Shown: piece after piece, positions 45,710 to 53,494 of the stretch | How positions within the stretch are numbered: the first letter of the stretch is position 1 | Layout of the letters: each line of letters starts with the position of its first letter | From: Hyphomicrobium sp. | Lineage (GTDB): Bacteria; Pseudomonadota; Alphaproteobacteria; Rhizobiales; Hyphomicrobiaceae | Assembly: GCA_017512425.1 (NCBI GenBank) | Contig: JAFWGI010000016.1 | Coordinates: forward strand, 636,577 to 700,576 | Reading direction: 5' to 3' | Length of the DNA: 64,000 nt | Position numbers and translations under genes: made by a program | The notes under the pieces: generated by a model | The model's input: only the letters and a program-made list of their open reading frames with translations | What the model was told of the DNA's origin: nothing | The model's database searches: none

Positions 45710-45869
45710 TCCGTTGTCGGATAGAAAATCGGCCGACGGAATGGTGCGGCATTCGCGCAGTCCTCAACAAATTGCGAGGCTTATCGCCTGCGAGCTGACG
45801 GAACCATCACGATCACCCAGCGTTTCTGTGCCGAAGCGAATGCAATTCGCGCCGCTCAGGAGATTTGTC

Positions 45870-46193
45870 GTGAAATCAATCCTATTAGCAGCTATAACAG
45901 GCTTCGCCGTGTTGTCAGCAACGGCACCCGCGCCTGCAGAAGCACGCTCGACCGAGCGTTCAATCAAAAATCGTCTCGATCCAGATCGGATCACCGACAA
46001 GCGTGTCCATCGCCGCGACTACAACGATCGTCGCGCACACCGCCGAGACTACGGTGCGCGCCGTTATAGCTGGCGCGACGGCGATGACTATCGCTACCGC
46101 CGCTACGATGGATGGTCGCGGTATTCGTACCGCCCCTATGGTTGGCGTGATCGGGGTTGTGCATCAATAGGACCGGTTTGGTTCTGCTCATAA
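45870..46193 (+). CDS. Secreted Arg/Tyr/Trp-rich mini-protein, paralog A (107 aa)
   Basis: AGGAG lies 7 nt upstream of the GTG at 45870. It has a signal peptide VKSILLAAITGFAVLSATAPAPAEA. The mature part is strongly basic with RRY/RDY repeats and ends RGCASIGPVWFCS. Confidence 0.6.
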   Translation: MKSILLAAITGFAVLSATAPAPAEARSTERSIKNRLDPDRITDKRVHRRDYNDRRAHRRDYGARRYSWRDGDDYRYRRYDGWSRYSYRPYGWRDRGCASIGPVWFCS

Positions 46194-46297
46194 AAGTTTG
46201 TCAGAACTTCACTCAAGCAATTAAACACAGGCAATTCAACCCCGCCGCGCTTCGGTGCGGCGGGATGAATATCGTGTATCAACCTAGGGAGATTCTC

Positions 46298-46591
46298 GTG
46301 AAACTTACTCTTTTGTCCGCAGCAACTGCTGCGTTTGTCGCGCTGACGGCGACGTCGGCATCGGCTCTACCGGTTGCAAAGCCTGGCCAAGTAGGCGCTG
46401 AGAAAGCATCGATGAGCGAGCAGGTTCGCCGCCGCCCCGGTCACTACGGCCAGAACCGCTGGAAATCCAACCGTGGTTATCGCGCAAACCGCTACGATAG
46501 ATATCGTGGTTGGAACCGCTATAACAGCCGCCCCTATAATTACCGCAGCCGCGGTTGCGCTGCGGTCGGCCCGGTCTGGTTCTGCAGGTAA
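46298..46591 (+). CDS. Secreted Arg/Tyr/Asn-rich mini-protein, paralog B (97 aa)
   Basis: GGGAG lies upstream of the GTG at 46298. It has a signal peptide VKLTLLSAATAAFVALTATSASA. It ends RGCAAVGPVWFCR, the same tail as paralog A. Confidence 0.6.
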   Translation: MKLTLLSAATAAFVALTATSASALPVAKPGQVGAEKASMSEQVRRRPGHYGQNRWKSNRGYRANRYDRYRGWNRYNSRPYNYRSRGCAAVGPVWFCR

Positions 46592-46613
46592 GCTTTCGCA
46601 AGTCACATAAAGA

Positions 46614-46648
46614 AAGGCGCGCCACGTCACCGTGGCGCGCCTTTTTTG
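46614..46648 (+). terminator. Rho-independent terminator
   Basis: A 12-13 bp perfect stem AGGCGCGCCACG / CGTGGCGCGCCT is followed by TTTTTT. Confidence 0.85.
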
Positions 46649-46924
46649 CTCATCGCATATTCGTGCAGTTGCCGACGGATTCATAGGATATGACCCTCAA
46701 CATCGCCGTCAAAACCGCCGAAAGTAATACAGCCGAGCAGGGTGCCTGCGCTTTTTATGTTTTTAAGTGGTGGACGGGACAATCATGGTCAGCACACTGA
46801 TTTGCCTCAAAAAATGCACCGCGCACTGAACGTCGATGGCTGGAGGCACAACATGGCGATGCTGCGACCGCCGTCGCACACAAACCATGCTGACTGTCCA
46901 AGACTGAACCGCGCAGCGACGAAC

Positions 46925-47788
46925 TTAGATGCCCTGGCCTTCGAGCTCTTTTTTCAACGCGTCTAACGCTTCCTGTCCGCCTTCGATATTGGGGTGGATA
47001 AGGATCAGCTTTTCATACGCTGCGAGTGCAGCTTTCTTTTCCCCGAGCAGGACGAGGATCTTCGCCATTCCGTCGAGCGCGCGGAAATGGTTTGGCTCAA
47101 GTGCAAGTGCCCGGCGCAAATCGCCGAGCGCAGCATCGTAGTTCTCCATGCGGTAGTGGAGATAGGCGCGATGGCTCCACGCTTCCGCATAGTCGGGCGC
47201 GAGATCGACCGCAGCGTCGGCAAGAGGCAGCCCGCGCTCGGTTTCGTTTCTGGACAAGAAATTCTCAGCGCGATCGATCAGCAGATTGACGGTGTCGCCG
47301 CCAGTGTAGCGCCACAGCTTCTCTATCGCAGCGCCGATCTCGCCGCCTTGTCGTTTATCGGGCTCGGTCGCGAGAAACGCATAAAGCGATTCAAGGGTCT
47401 TCGGCACGTCGTCCGGCGACTTCGGGAACGGTAATCCCATCATGCCTGGCGGACCTTTTTCGGCGCGCTCGGCACCCGGCATCTGTGTAGAAGGCGTCCG
47501 CGGCTTCGTTGGCTTGTCAGCTTGGCTCTGGTCTTTATCCGGCGCCTGACCGGTCGCGCGTCCCGAAGGACCATTGCCGAACGTCGTACCCGGGCGCGTC
47601 AACGGGCCAAGCAGTTCTTCGAAATCCGGCGCCGAGCCGGGTGGCAACTCTTCAACCGAATTCGGTGCACTGTCGGTCGCAGGTGGCGCGGCCGGGGCCT
47701 GAGCAGCCGGATCCTGAGCAAACGCCGCAAACGCGATCAATGACGATGCGGCGGCCAATACAAATGAGGGTCGGACAGAGGTCATCAT
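46925..47788 (-). CDS. Exported tetratricopeptide-repeat protein
   Basis: It has a signal peptide, a Pro/Ala-rich linker and a C-terminal TPR-like region (AEAWSHRAYLHYRMENYDAALGDLRRALALEPNHFRALDGMAKI...). The start is ambiguous (47788 or 47824). Confidence 0.75.
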   Translation of the reverse strand: MMTSVRPSFVLAAASSLIAFAAFAQDPAAQAPAAPPATDSAPNSVEELPPGSAPDFEELLGPLTRPGTTFGNGPSGRATGQAPDKDQSQADKPTKPRTPSTQMPGAERAEKGPPGMMGLPFPKSPDDVPKTLESLYAFLATEPDKRQGGEIGAAIEKLWRYTGGDTVNLLIDRAENFLSRNETERGLPLADAAVDLAPDYAEAWSHRAYLHYRMENYDAALGDLRRALALEPNHFRALDGMAKILVLLGEKKAALAAYEKLILIHPNIEGGQEALDALKKELEGQGI

Positions 47789-47872
47789 CCTCGGAACGCT
47801 ATCCGAGGGCTTAAAACACGTCAAAGCGCGTTTCGTGAAATCTCAGTAAGTAAGCCGTAAGACAAGCGCGGC

Positions 47873-47998
47873 TTAGCCCTGGCGTGCCTTGAAACGGCGC
47901 TGCGTCTTGTTGATCACGTAGACGCGGCCCTTGCGGCGCACGACGCGGTTGTCGCGGTGGCGCGAGCGCAAGGATTTGAGGGAATTTCTAACTTTCAT
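47873..47998 (-). CDS. rpmJ: 50S ribosomal protein L36 (Cys-less, zinc-independent type)
   Basis: Own translation: [41 protein letters not shown]. At 41 aa it is too short for the supplied ORF track. Confidence 0.92.
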   Translation of the reverse strand: MKVRNSLKSLRSRHRDNRVVRRKGRVYVINKTQRRFKARQG

Positions 47999-48017
47999 AA
48001 CGACACCGGTTAAAAGA

Positions 48018-48092
48018 TGGTGGGCACTACAGGGATCGAACCTGTGACCCCTACCATGTCAAGGTAGTGCTCTACCGCTGAGCTAAGTGCCC
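48018..48092 (-). tRNA. tRNA-Val (anticodon GAC), CCA encoded
   Basis: The reverse complement is GGGCACTTAGCTCAGCGGTAGAGCACTACCTTGACATGGTAGGGGTCACAGGTTCGATCCCTGTAGTGCCCACCA. It folds as a cloverleaf: acceptor GGGCACT/AGTGCCC, D-stem GCTC/GAGC, anticodon stem CTACC/GGTAG with loop TTGACAT, and T-arm ACAGG-TTCGATC-CCTGT. Confidence 0.95.
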
Positions 48093-48210
48093 TTTAAGGG
48101 AAGAGTGGCTTCTAAGGGCTTTGCCAGTCCCGGGTCAAGCCCGAACAGACAGAAAAACCGGCCTTTTCAGCCAACCCCGTGCGGTTGGCGGTCGCAAGCA
48201 CGCGGCCGCG

Positions 48211-48597
48211 TCATTCTGCCAGGAGGCGGTCGACCTCGCGCACCAGATCCTTAAGGTGAAACGGCTTTGAAAGAACGTGAGAATCTTTCGGTGGGGCATT
48301 GTCGCTGTTGAGCACCACAGCGGCAAACCCGGTGATGAACATAATCTTCAAATCAGGGTCGATTTCGGCTGCACGCCTCGCGAGTTCGATGCCGTCCATC
48401 TTCGGCATCACGATATCCGTCAACAGCAGTGTGAACGGCTCGTGCTTCAGGCGCTCATAAGCCTCTTCGCCGTTTTCGAAAGCCACAACGTCGTAGTTGG
48501 CTTTCTGCAATGCCTTGACGAGGAAGCCACGCATCGAGTCATCGTCTTCGGCAAGAAGGATGCGATGCAAAGGCACGCTTGATGGTTTTGCGGTCAT
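48211..48597 (-). CDS. cpdR: Single-domain response regulator CpdR (ClpXP adaptor/priming factor)
   Basis: ILLAEDDDSMRGFLVKAL...LLLTDIVMPKMDGIELARRAAEIDPDLKIMFITGFAAV...SKPFHLKDLVREVDRLL resembles my recollection of CpdR. The ATG at 48597 is preferred over the track start at 48813. Confidence 0.85.
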   Translation of the reverse strand: MTAKPSSVPLHRILLAEDDDSMRGFLVKALQKANYDVVAFENGEEAYERLKHEPFTLLLTDIVMPKMDGIELARRAAEIDPDLKIMFITGFAAVVLNSDNAPPKDSHVLSKPFHLKDLVREVDRLLAE

Positions 48598-48868
48598 GAA
48601 CTGTCGCCTAAAAAATACCCGTGACGAACGAATAGCTGATTTTTGCTCGCAAGGAAACTTGACGCAACTTTGGTAAACGGACGATGAAGGTGTGGACAAC
48701 ACATCTCGCCCGGGCAGGCGCGGAAGACGCCTACCGACGTCATAGTGGAAAGCCCCGAATTTGCACCAAGAGACGGCGCGTAACACCGTGAAGTGTATGG
48801 ACGCGCTGCACATACCCGGGCATTAGTAGCGACTGCGATTGCAATCCCCCCCGCAGCCTGAGACCGTA

Positions 48869-49768
48869 ATGCCGCTCACTGACGCCAATCTCGTTCCGCA
48901 GGCCTTTTTCCCATCTTTCGAGGTGCTGCGGCCGGCTGAGCAGACGGCGGCATTCGTGTTCTCGTCGCCGCACTCGGGTCGCATCTATCCACCTGAATTC
49001 CTGGCGATATCGCGACTGGACCCGCAAACGCTGCGCAAATCTGAAGATTGGTTCGTCGATCAATTGTTCAGTGGTGTCGCGACGCTTGGCGCGCCGCTGT
49101 TGTCGGCGCGATTCCCGCGCGCCTATCTTGACCTCAACCGCGAACCTTACGAACTCGATCCCGAATTGGTCGACGAGGCCTTGCCGGAACACGCCAATAC
49201 GCAATCGGTTCGGGTCGCTGGCGGTCTAGGCACCGTTGCGCGGATTGTTGCCGATGGCGAGGAGATCTACGCCGGCCCGCTCAGCCTGCGTGAAGTCATT
49301 GCCCGCATCGATCAGCTATACTTTCCGTTTCACAATCAGCTTGCCCGGCTGATCGAGGAAACCGCGCACAGCTTCGGCTATTCCATCCTGATCGATTGCC
49401 ATTCCATGCCGTCGTCGCTGATGCCGCCAGGCGCAGGTGTCCGGCCCGATTTCATCATTGGCGACCGTTTTGGTGCGTCAGCCGATCCGCGGCTATCACA
49501 GCTCGTGCGCGAGACGCTGATGAGCTTTGGCTACGATGTGCAGATGAATCGCCCTTATGCGGGCGGCTATATCACCGAGCACCACGGGCGCCCGTCGCAC
49601 GGCGTCCACGCGATCCAGATTGAAATCAATCGCGGCATCTACATGAACGAGACGACGCTTCAAGCGAAGCCCGGCTTCGACGGATTGAAGGCCGACTTGA
49701 ATGACGTCGCAGCGGCACTGTTTGCAAAGGCGCCTGCTCTATTCGAACTCCGCTCGGCCGCGGAATAG
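48869..49768 (+). CDS. N-formylglutamate amidohydrolase-family protein
   Basis: FSSPHSGRIYP, RAYLDLNREP and ILIDCHSMPS are typical of the FGase family. Confidence 0.85.
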   Translation: MPLTDANLVPQAFFPSFEVLRPAEQTAAFVFSSPHSGRIYPPEFLAISRLDPQTLRKSEDWFVDQLFSGVATLGAPLLSARFPRAYLDLNREPYELDPELVDEALPEHANTQSVRVAGGLGTVARIVADGEEIYAGPLSLREVIARIDQLYFPFHNQLARLIEETAHSFGYSILIDCHSMPSSLMPPGAGVRPDFIIGDRFGASADPRLSQLVRETLMSFGYDVQMNRPYAGGYITEHHGRPSHGVHAIQIEINRGIYMNETTLQAKPGFDGLKADLNDVAAALFAKAPALFELRSAAE

Positions 49769-49816
49769 AACCGCCCGCCCAACGTTGTCGTCGCGCGCCG
49801 CCGCACGGCAAAAGCC

Positions 49817-49900
49817 AAAAAAAAGGCCGTTCGACGCGCGAACGGCCCAAGTCTAGGGAGGAAACGCCCAAGGAGGGCACGACGCGGGCAGGGCCCGCAA
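49817..49900 (-). ncRNA. Candidate sRNA copy 1 (CCUCCC anti-SD core + intrinsic terminator); 5' end unknown
   Basis: The minus strand reads ...GCCCUCCUUGGGC-GUUUCCUCCCUAGACUUG-GGCCGUUCG-CGCGU-CGAACGGCC-UUUUUUUU. The 9-bp terminator stem spans 49825..49847 and the U8 tract is the complement of 49817..49824. The 31-nt block 49842..49872 is identical to 50069..50099. Confidence 0.5.
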
Positions 49901-50045
49901 TGTCGCAACGCACAAATTATCGACGCGGTGCACCACATACAAATGCAATTTTCGCAGGTCTGAGCATCGTCAAACGCTGGCATAGATAACACTGTTCTGG
50001 AATGTGAGGGCGATTGGCGCTGCGCGGGTAAACCGCTGTTTCCTC

Positions 50046-50130
50046 ATAAAGAAAGGCCGTCCAAAGGGACGGCCCAAGTCTAGGGAGGAAACGCCCAAGA
50101 TGGGCAACGATTGCAGAGAGCATGTCAAAG
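50046..50130 (-). ncRNA. Candidate sRNA copy 2 (same core, own terminator); 5' end unknown
   Basis: The minus strand reads ...GCCCAUCUUGGGC-GUUUCCUCCCUAGACUUG-GGCCGUCC-CUUU-GGACGGCC-UUUCUUUAU. The terminator stem spans 50055..50074. TTGACA lies about 24 nt upstream of the first hairpin on the minus strand. Confidence 0.5.
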
Positions 50131-50321
50131 CAACCGTCCACAAACGATGTGCTGCTTCGCACGAATCTGCAATCACAACGAGTGTTGCACGTCCTCATTA
50201 ACAAAAGCATGTATCGTAGCCGCAACAACTTCGGTTACTCTGCAACACGTCTTTGCACACGGCTGTCCTTTGAAGTATCCAAAGCTCTGCTTGAGTAAAA
50301 CTTCCCCAAATCTCTGAAATT

Positions 50322-51152
50322 GTGAGGATAGTTGTGGCACAACGGCCCAGCCGAAGCGCGTTTCCTGCCCTGTTGAAAATTGCGCACGAACTCGCTGACT
50401 TATCCGGCCCAGTCGTCCTCAAGCATTTCCGTTCAGCCGTGGCCATCGACAATAAGGCCGGCAAAGGCGCGTTTGACCCGGTGACCAAGGCCGATCGCGC
50501 CGCCGAGCGGGTCATCTCGCAGACGTTGCTCGCGCGATTCCCCGATCACGGCATCGTCGGCGAAGAGTACGGCACGCGCGAAGGCGCCGGACGCTACAAT
50601 TGGGTGGTCGATCCGATCGACGGTACACGCGCGTTTATCATGGGCAGCCCGCTTTGGGGCACGCTCATCGGGCTGCTCGACAACGGCGCACCATCGCTCG
50701 GCATCATGGATCAGCCTTTTACCGGAGAGCGGTTCTGGTCAGGCGCGACGGCAAGCTACGTGCGCGTCGGCAAAGGACCAGCGCGCAAAATCAAAACCCG
50801 GTCGTGCGCCTCGCTTTCCACCGCAACGCTGACGTCGACGCATCCCGATCTGTTCGAAGGGCCGGCACAGCAAAAGACGCTCGCTGCACTCAAGGGCTCG
50901 GTTCAGATGACGCGCTACGGCGGCGATTGCTACGGCTACTGCCTTCTCGCAGCGGGCTATGTCGACCTGATCGTCGAAAGCGGATTGAAACCGTACGATA
51001 TCGTCGCTCTGATCCCGATCATCGAACGCGCAGGTGGGACCATCACCACATGGGACGGCGGGCCGGCGACCAACGGCGGCAATGTCGTCGCGTCGGGGGA
51101 TGTCCGCGTTCACGAGGCGGCCTTGAAGATGATTGCCAAGGCGTCCAACTGA
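50322..51152 (+). CDS. hisN: Inositol-monophosphatase-family histidinol-phosphatase (HisN-like)
   Basis: VTKADRAAE, GEEYG and WVVDPIDGTRAFIMGSPLWGTLIGL are IMPase-fold motifs. It has a GTG start. Histidinol-phosphatase specificity is inferred from the alphaproteobacterial HisN pattern. Confidence 0.75.
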   Translation: MRIVVAQRPSRSAFPALLKIAHELADLSGPVVLKHFRSAVAIDNKAGKGAFDPVTKADRAAERVISQTLLARFPDHGIVGEEYGTREGAGRYNWVVDPIDGTRAFIMGSPLWGTLIGLLDNGAPSLGIMDQPFTGERFWSGATASYVRVGKGPARKIKTRSCASLSTATLTSTHPDLFEGPAQQKTLAALKGSVQMTRYGGDCYGYCLLAAGYVDLIVESGLKPYDIVALIPIIERAGGTITTWDGGPATNGGNVVASGDVRVHEAALKMIAKASN

Positions 51153-51158
51153 TCGCCG

Positions 51159-52121
51159 TCACGGCACCGACGACGGAATTTCTATGCCCATGTAGGCGTC
51201 GAACGCCGCCCAGAAGCGCTGCCGGATTTCATCATTTTCCTGCAGAATTTCGTGGCGCGATCCCGGCATCACGATATGGCCGCCGATCTTTAGATCAACA
51301 GCAAAATCTTCGATGGCTTGCGGTGACACGACCTGATCCGAGCCGGCTGCAAACATTAGCATTGGCACCGCCACGTACTTTGGATAGTCGGGCTTCTGCA
51401 GCATCGCGCAACTGCGCAAAGCGGACCGCAGCCAGCCGATTGTCGGCGACCCAAGTCCCAATTCCGGCGCCTGTTCCAGGATCGCTTTGTTGCGTGACCA
51501 GCGCACATAGTCGGACGTCAGCACGTTGCCGTCGAAGTCATGCGTTTCTTCCGGCTCGTCGGCGCCCCCTTTGACATACGCCGTCGCCAGACCGGCAAGA
51601 CACGCGAGTTCGCTGTAGGCGCGCACCAGTCGGCGTGGATTGCGCAATTGCTGGTCGTGAATTTGGATCATCGGAGAAACGAGAATCATGCGCGAAAACA
51701 CGCTCGTTGACTGCGCCCCACGCAGCAGCACGTTGCCGCCGAGCGAATGGCCGAGACCAATGAAAGGTGCTGGACACGACGGCACGACGACGTCGCGCAT
51801 GAAGATCGCCGCATCGCGATCGTATTCGGTGAAGCCTATGACGTGGCCTTTGCGCGGATTAGCCAGCTTGCGCTCCGACCCGCCTTGGCCGCGCCAATCG
51901 AGAACAGCGACCGCATAGCCACGGCGGCGCAGATCGGCGACGACTTCAAAGTACTTCTCGATGTATTCGCCGCGCCCGGGAAATACGCAGACCGTGCCCT
52001 TCGTCGGGCCCCGCGTCGGTTCCCAGAGCGCGGCTCTGAGCTTGGTACCGTCGTAGCCGTCGAACATCAGCGTGACGGCGCCACTCGGAACTGGATTGAT
52101 CGCAAGCGCTATGAGGCTCAT
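51159..52121 (-). CDS. Alpha/beta hydrolase (lysophospholipase-like)
   Basis: It has the nucleophile elbow GLGHSLGG, about 320 aa, and a C-terminal His region (MPGSRHEIL). Confidence 0.8.
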   Translation of the reverse strand: MSLIALAINPVPSGAVTLMFDGYDGTKLRAALWEPTRGPTKGTVCVFPGRGEYIEKYFEVVADLRRRGYAVAVLDWRGQGGSERKLANPRKGHVIGFTEYDRDAAIFMRDVVVPSCPAPFIGLGHSLGGNVLLRGAQSTSVFSRMILVSPMIQIHDQQLRNPRRLVRAYSELACLAGLATAYVKGGADEPEETHDFDGNVLTSDYVRWSRNKAILEQAPELGLGSPTIGWLRSALRSCAMLQKPDYPKYVAVPMLMFAAGSDQVVSPQAIEDFAVDLKIGGHIVMPGSRHEILQENDEIRQRFWAAFDAYMGIEIPSSVP

Positions 52122-52338
52122 GGCGCCCCGCTGTTTCTTGTCATGACGTCCTTTGCCGCCCCCGGCTTGCTGTCATCCGTACAAATTGCCGGCACGATAT
52201 TTCGGCGGCCTTGAAACCGGATTTTGCGACCCTAACTTATTTTCTGCGTCCGCCAACTCATTGGGGGCGCAAAACACCACTGCCTGGCCCCTGAGGGGCA
52301 GGTTTCCACATGTCGCTTCTCGCAATGGAGGATATGTT

Positions 52339-52806
52339 ATGCGACAGACTGATTTTACGCCGTTCTACCGCTCTGCCATCGGTTTCGACCGGCTGTTCCA
52401 GATGCTCGACCAAGCGTCGGGTTTCGACAGCGAAGGCAGCTACCCACCTTACAACATCGAAAAGACCGGTGAAAACGCCTACCGGATCACGCTTGCCGTC
52501 GCGGGCTTCAATGACGACGAACTCAAAGTCGAAGTCAAAGAGCAGACGCTGACAATCTCCGGCACTAAATCGACCGATGCCAAGGACAAATCCTACCTGC
52601 ATCGCGGCATCGCAGCCCGCTCGTTCGAGCGCCGCTTCCAGCTTGCCGATCATGTCGACGTGACCGGTGCCGACAGTCAGAACGGCCTGCTTCACGTTGA
52701 TCTCGTGCGCAATGTCCCGGAGCGCATGAAACCGCGGTCGATTGCGATCGGATCGCAGGGGACGGCCACGAAGCAGATTGAAGGCACGACGAGCGCGGTG
52801 AACTAA
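52339..52806 (+). CDS. Small heat-shock protein (Hsp20/alpha-crystallin, IbpA-like)
   Basis: SYPPYNIEKTGENAYRITLAVAGFNDDELKVEVKEQTLTISG...RGIAARSFERRFQLADHV matches the family. GGAGGA lies 6 nt upstream of the ATG at 52339. Confidence 0.93.
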   Translation: MRQTDFTPFYRSAIGFDRLFQMLDQASGFDSEGSYPPYNIEKTGENAYRITLAVAGFNDDELKVEVKEQTLTISGTKSTDAKDKSYLHRGIAARSFERRFQLADHVDVTGADSQNGLLHVDLVRNVPERMKPRSIAIGSQGTATKQIEGTTSAVN

Positions 52807-52862
52807 TCGCGCTGAGTTAGCCAATCGTCACGCTGCGCCACCATAGCGGTGCGCAAATCTTC

Positions 52863-52898
52863 AGGCGGCCGCCCATTTGGGCTGGCCGCCTTTTTTTT
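52863..52898 (+). terminator. Rho-independent terminator after hsp20
   Basis: The hairpin AGGCGGCC-GCCCATTTGGGC-(T)GGCCGCCT is followed by TTTTTTTT. Confidence 0.85.
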
Positions 52899-53494
52899 CG
52901 ACCGGCCCGAAGCCACCTTCGCCAACGGTCGAAAGCGGCGAAATTAAATTACACTATCAACGCCGCTGACATTCCCAAACATTCGTCGCTTTGCCGTCAT
53001 TGTTCCCGCTTGTGCCGCAACTTGAAATATGTAAAATCCCCAAATAGGTCAACATTACTGTCCTTTGTTGGGCTCGCCTAGAGCTCGATCCAGAACGGCA
53101 GTTGGGGTGGTAGGCGAGACGGCGCTTGGCGGCATGGTATGCGGCAGCCGTCCGGCCCGGGAGATGCGCAAGTGCGTGGGTATACGTCGGGACTTTCAGC
53201 GCCACGGGCAACCGGTATGGCGCCCGTGGCGCCAACGGTAGTTGCGCCACTCGTCAACCACGCTAAGCTTTACAGTCCGCGCTTGGATGTCTTGCGATCC
53301 GCTGACGGCGCTGTTCGGATGCCGGGATGCCTGCTGAAAAGCAAAACGCGCAATACCGGCCGCGACGGTCAACACACAAGTTGACGGGTGGCAGTACTCG
53401 AATTTTGGCAGCGCGCGGCGCTTTCCGCCGCTGCTTCTATGTGAAATCTCATTAGCACGCGAATGGCCAAGCAAAGGCCTAGAGGTTTGAGAGA

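Noticed and set aside
46650-46924. 74-aa plus-strand ORF (46742..46966) and 105-aa minus-strand ORF (46367..46684) around the spacer after the mini-protein genes
   Set aside because: They have no RBS and odd composition. One overlaps the TPR gene end and the other is antisense to mini-protein B. Neither has supporting features.
47999-48210. Possible integration hotspot or genomic island at tRNA-Val
   Set aside because: There is no integrase, no direct repeat of the tRNA 3' end and no compositional shift on either side. The flanking genes (rpmJ, cpdR) are core genes.
49873-50201. Plus-strand small ORFs downstream of the conserved GGGAGGAA block (29 aa from ATG 49900; 33 aa from ATG 50100)
   Set aside because: The conserved block could be read as an SD on the plus strand. 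However, the two downstream peptides share no similarity. Only copy 2 has an ATG at SD-compatible spacing. The hairpins are followed by U-tracts only on the minus strand. I keep this as the alternative hypothesis to the sRNA call.
52209-52243. RpoH-like CTTGAAA ... CTTATTT elements upstream of hsp20
   Set aside because: The spacing between the two elements (about 20-22 nt) is too long for the CTTG-N17/18-CYTAT heat-shock promoter consensus, so I make no promoter call.
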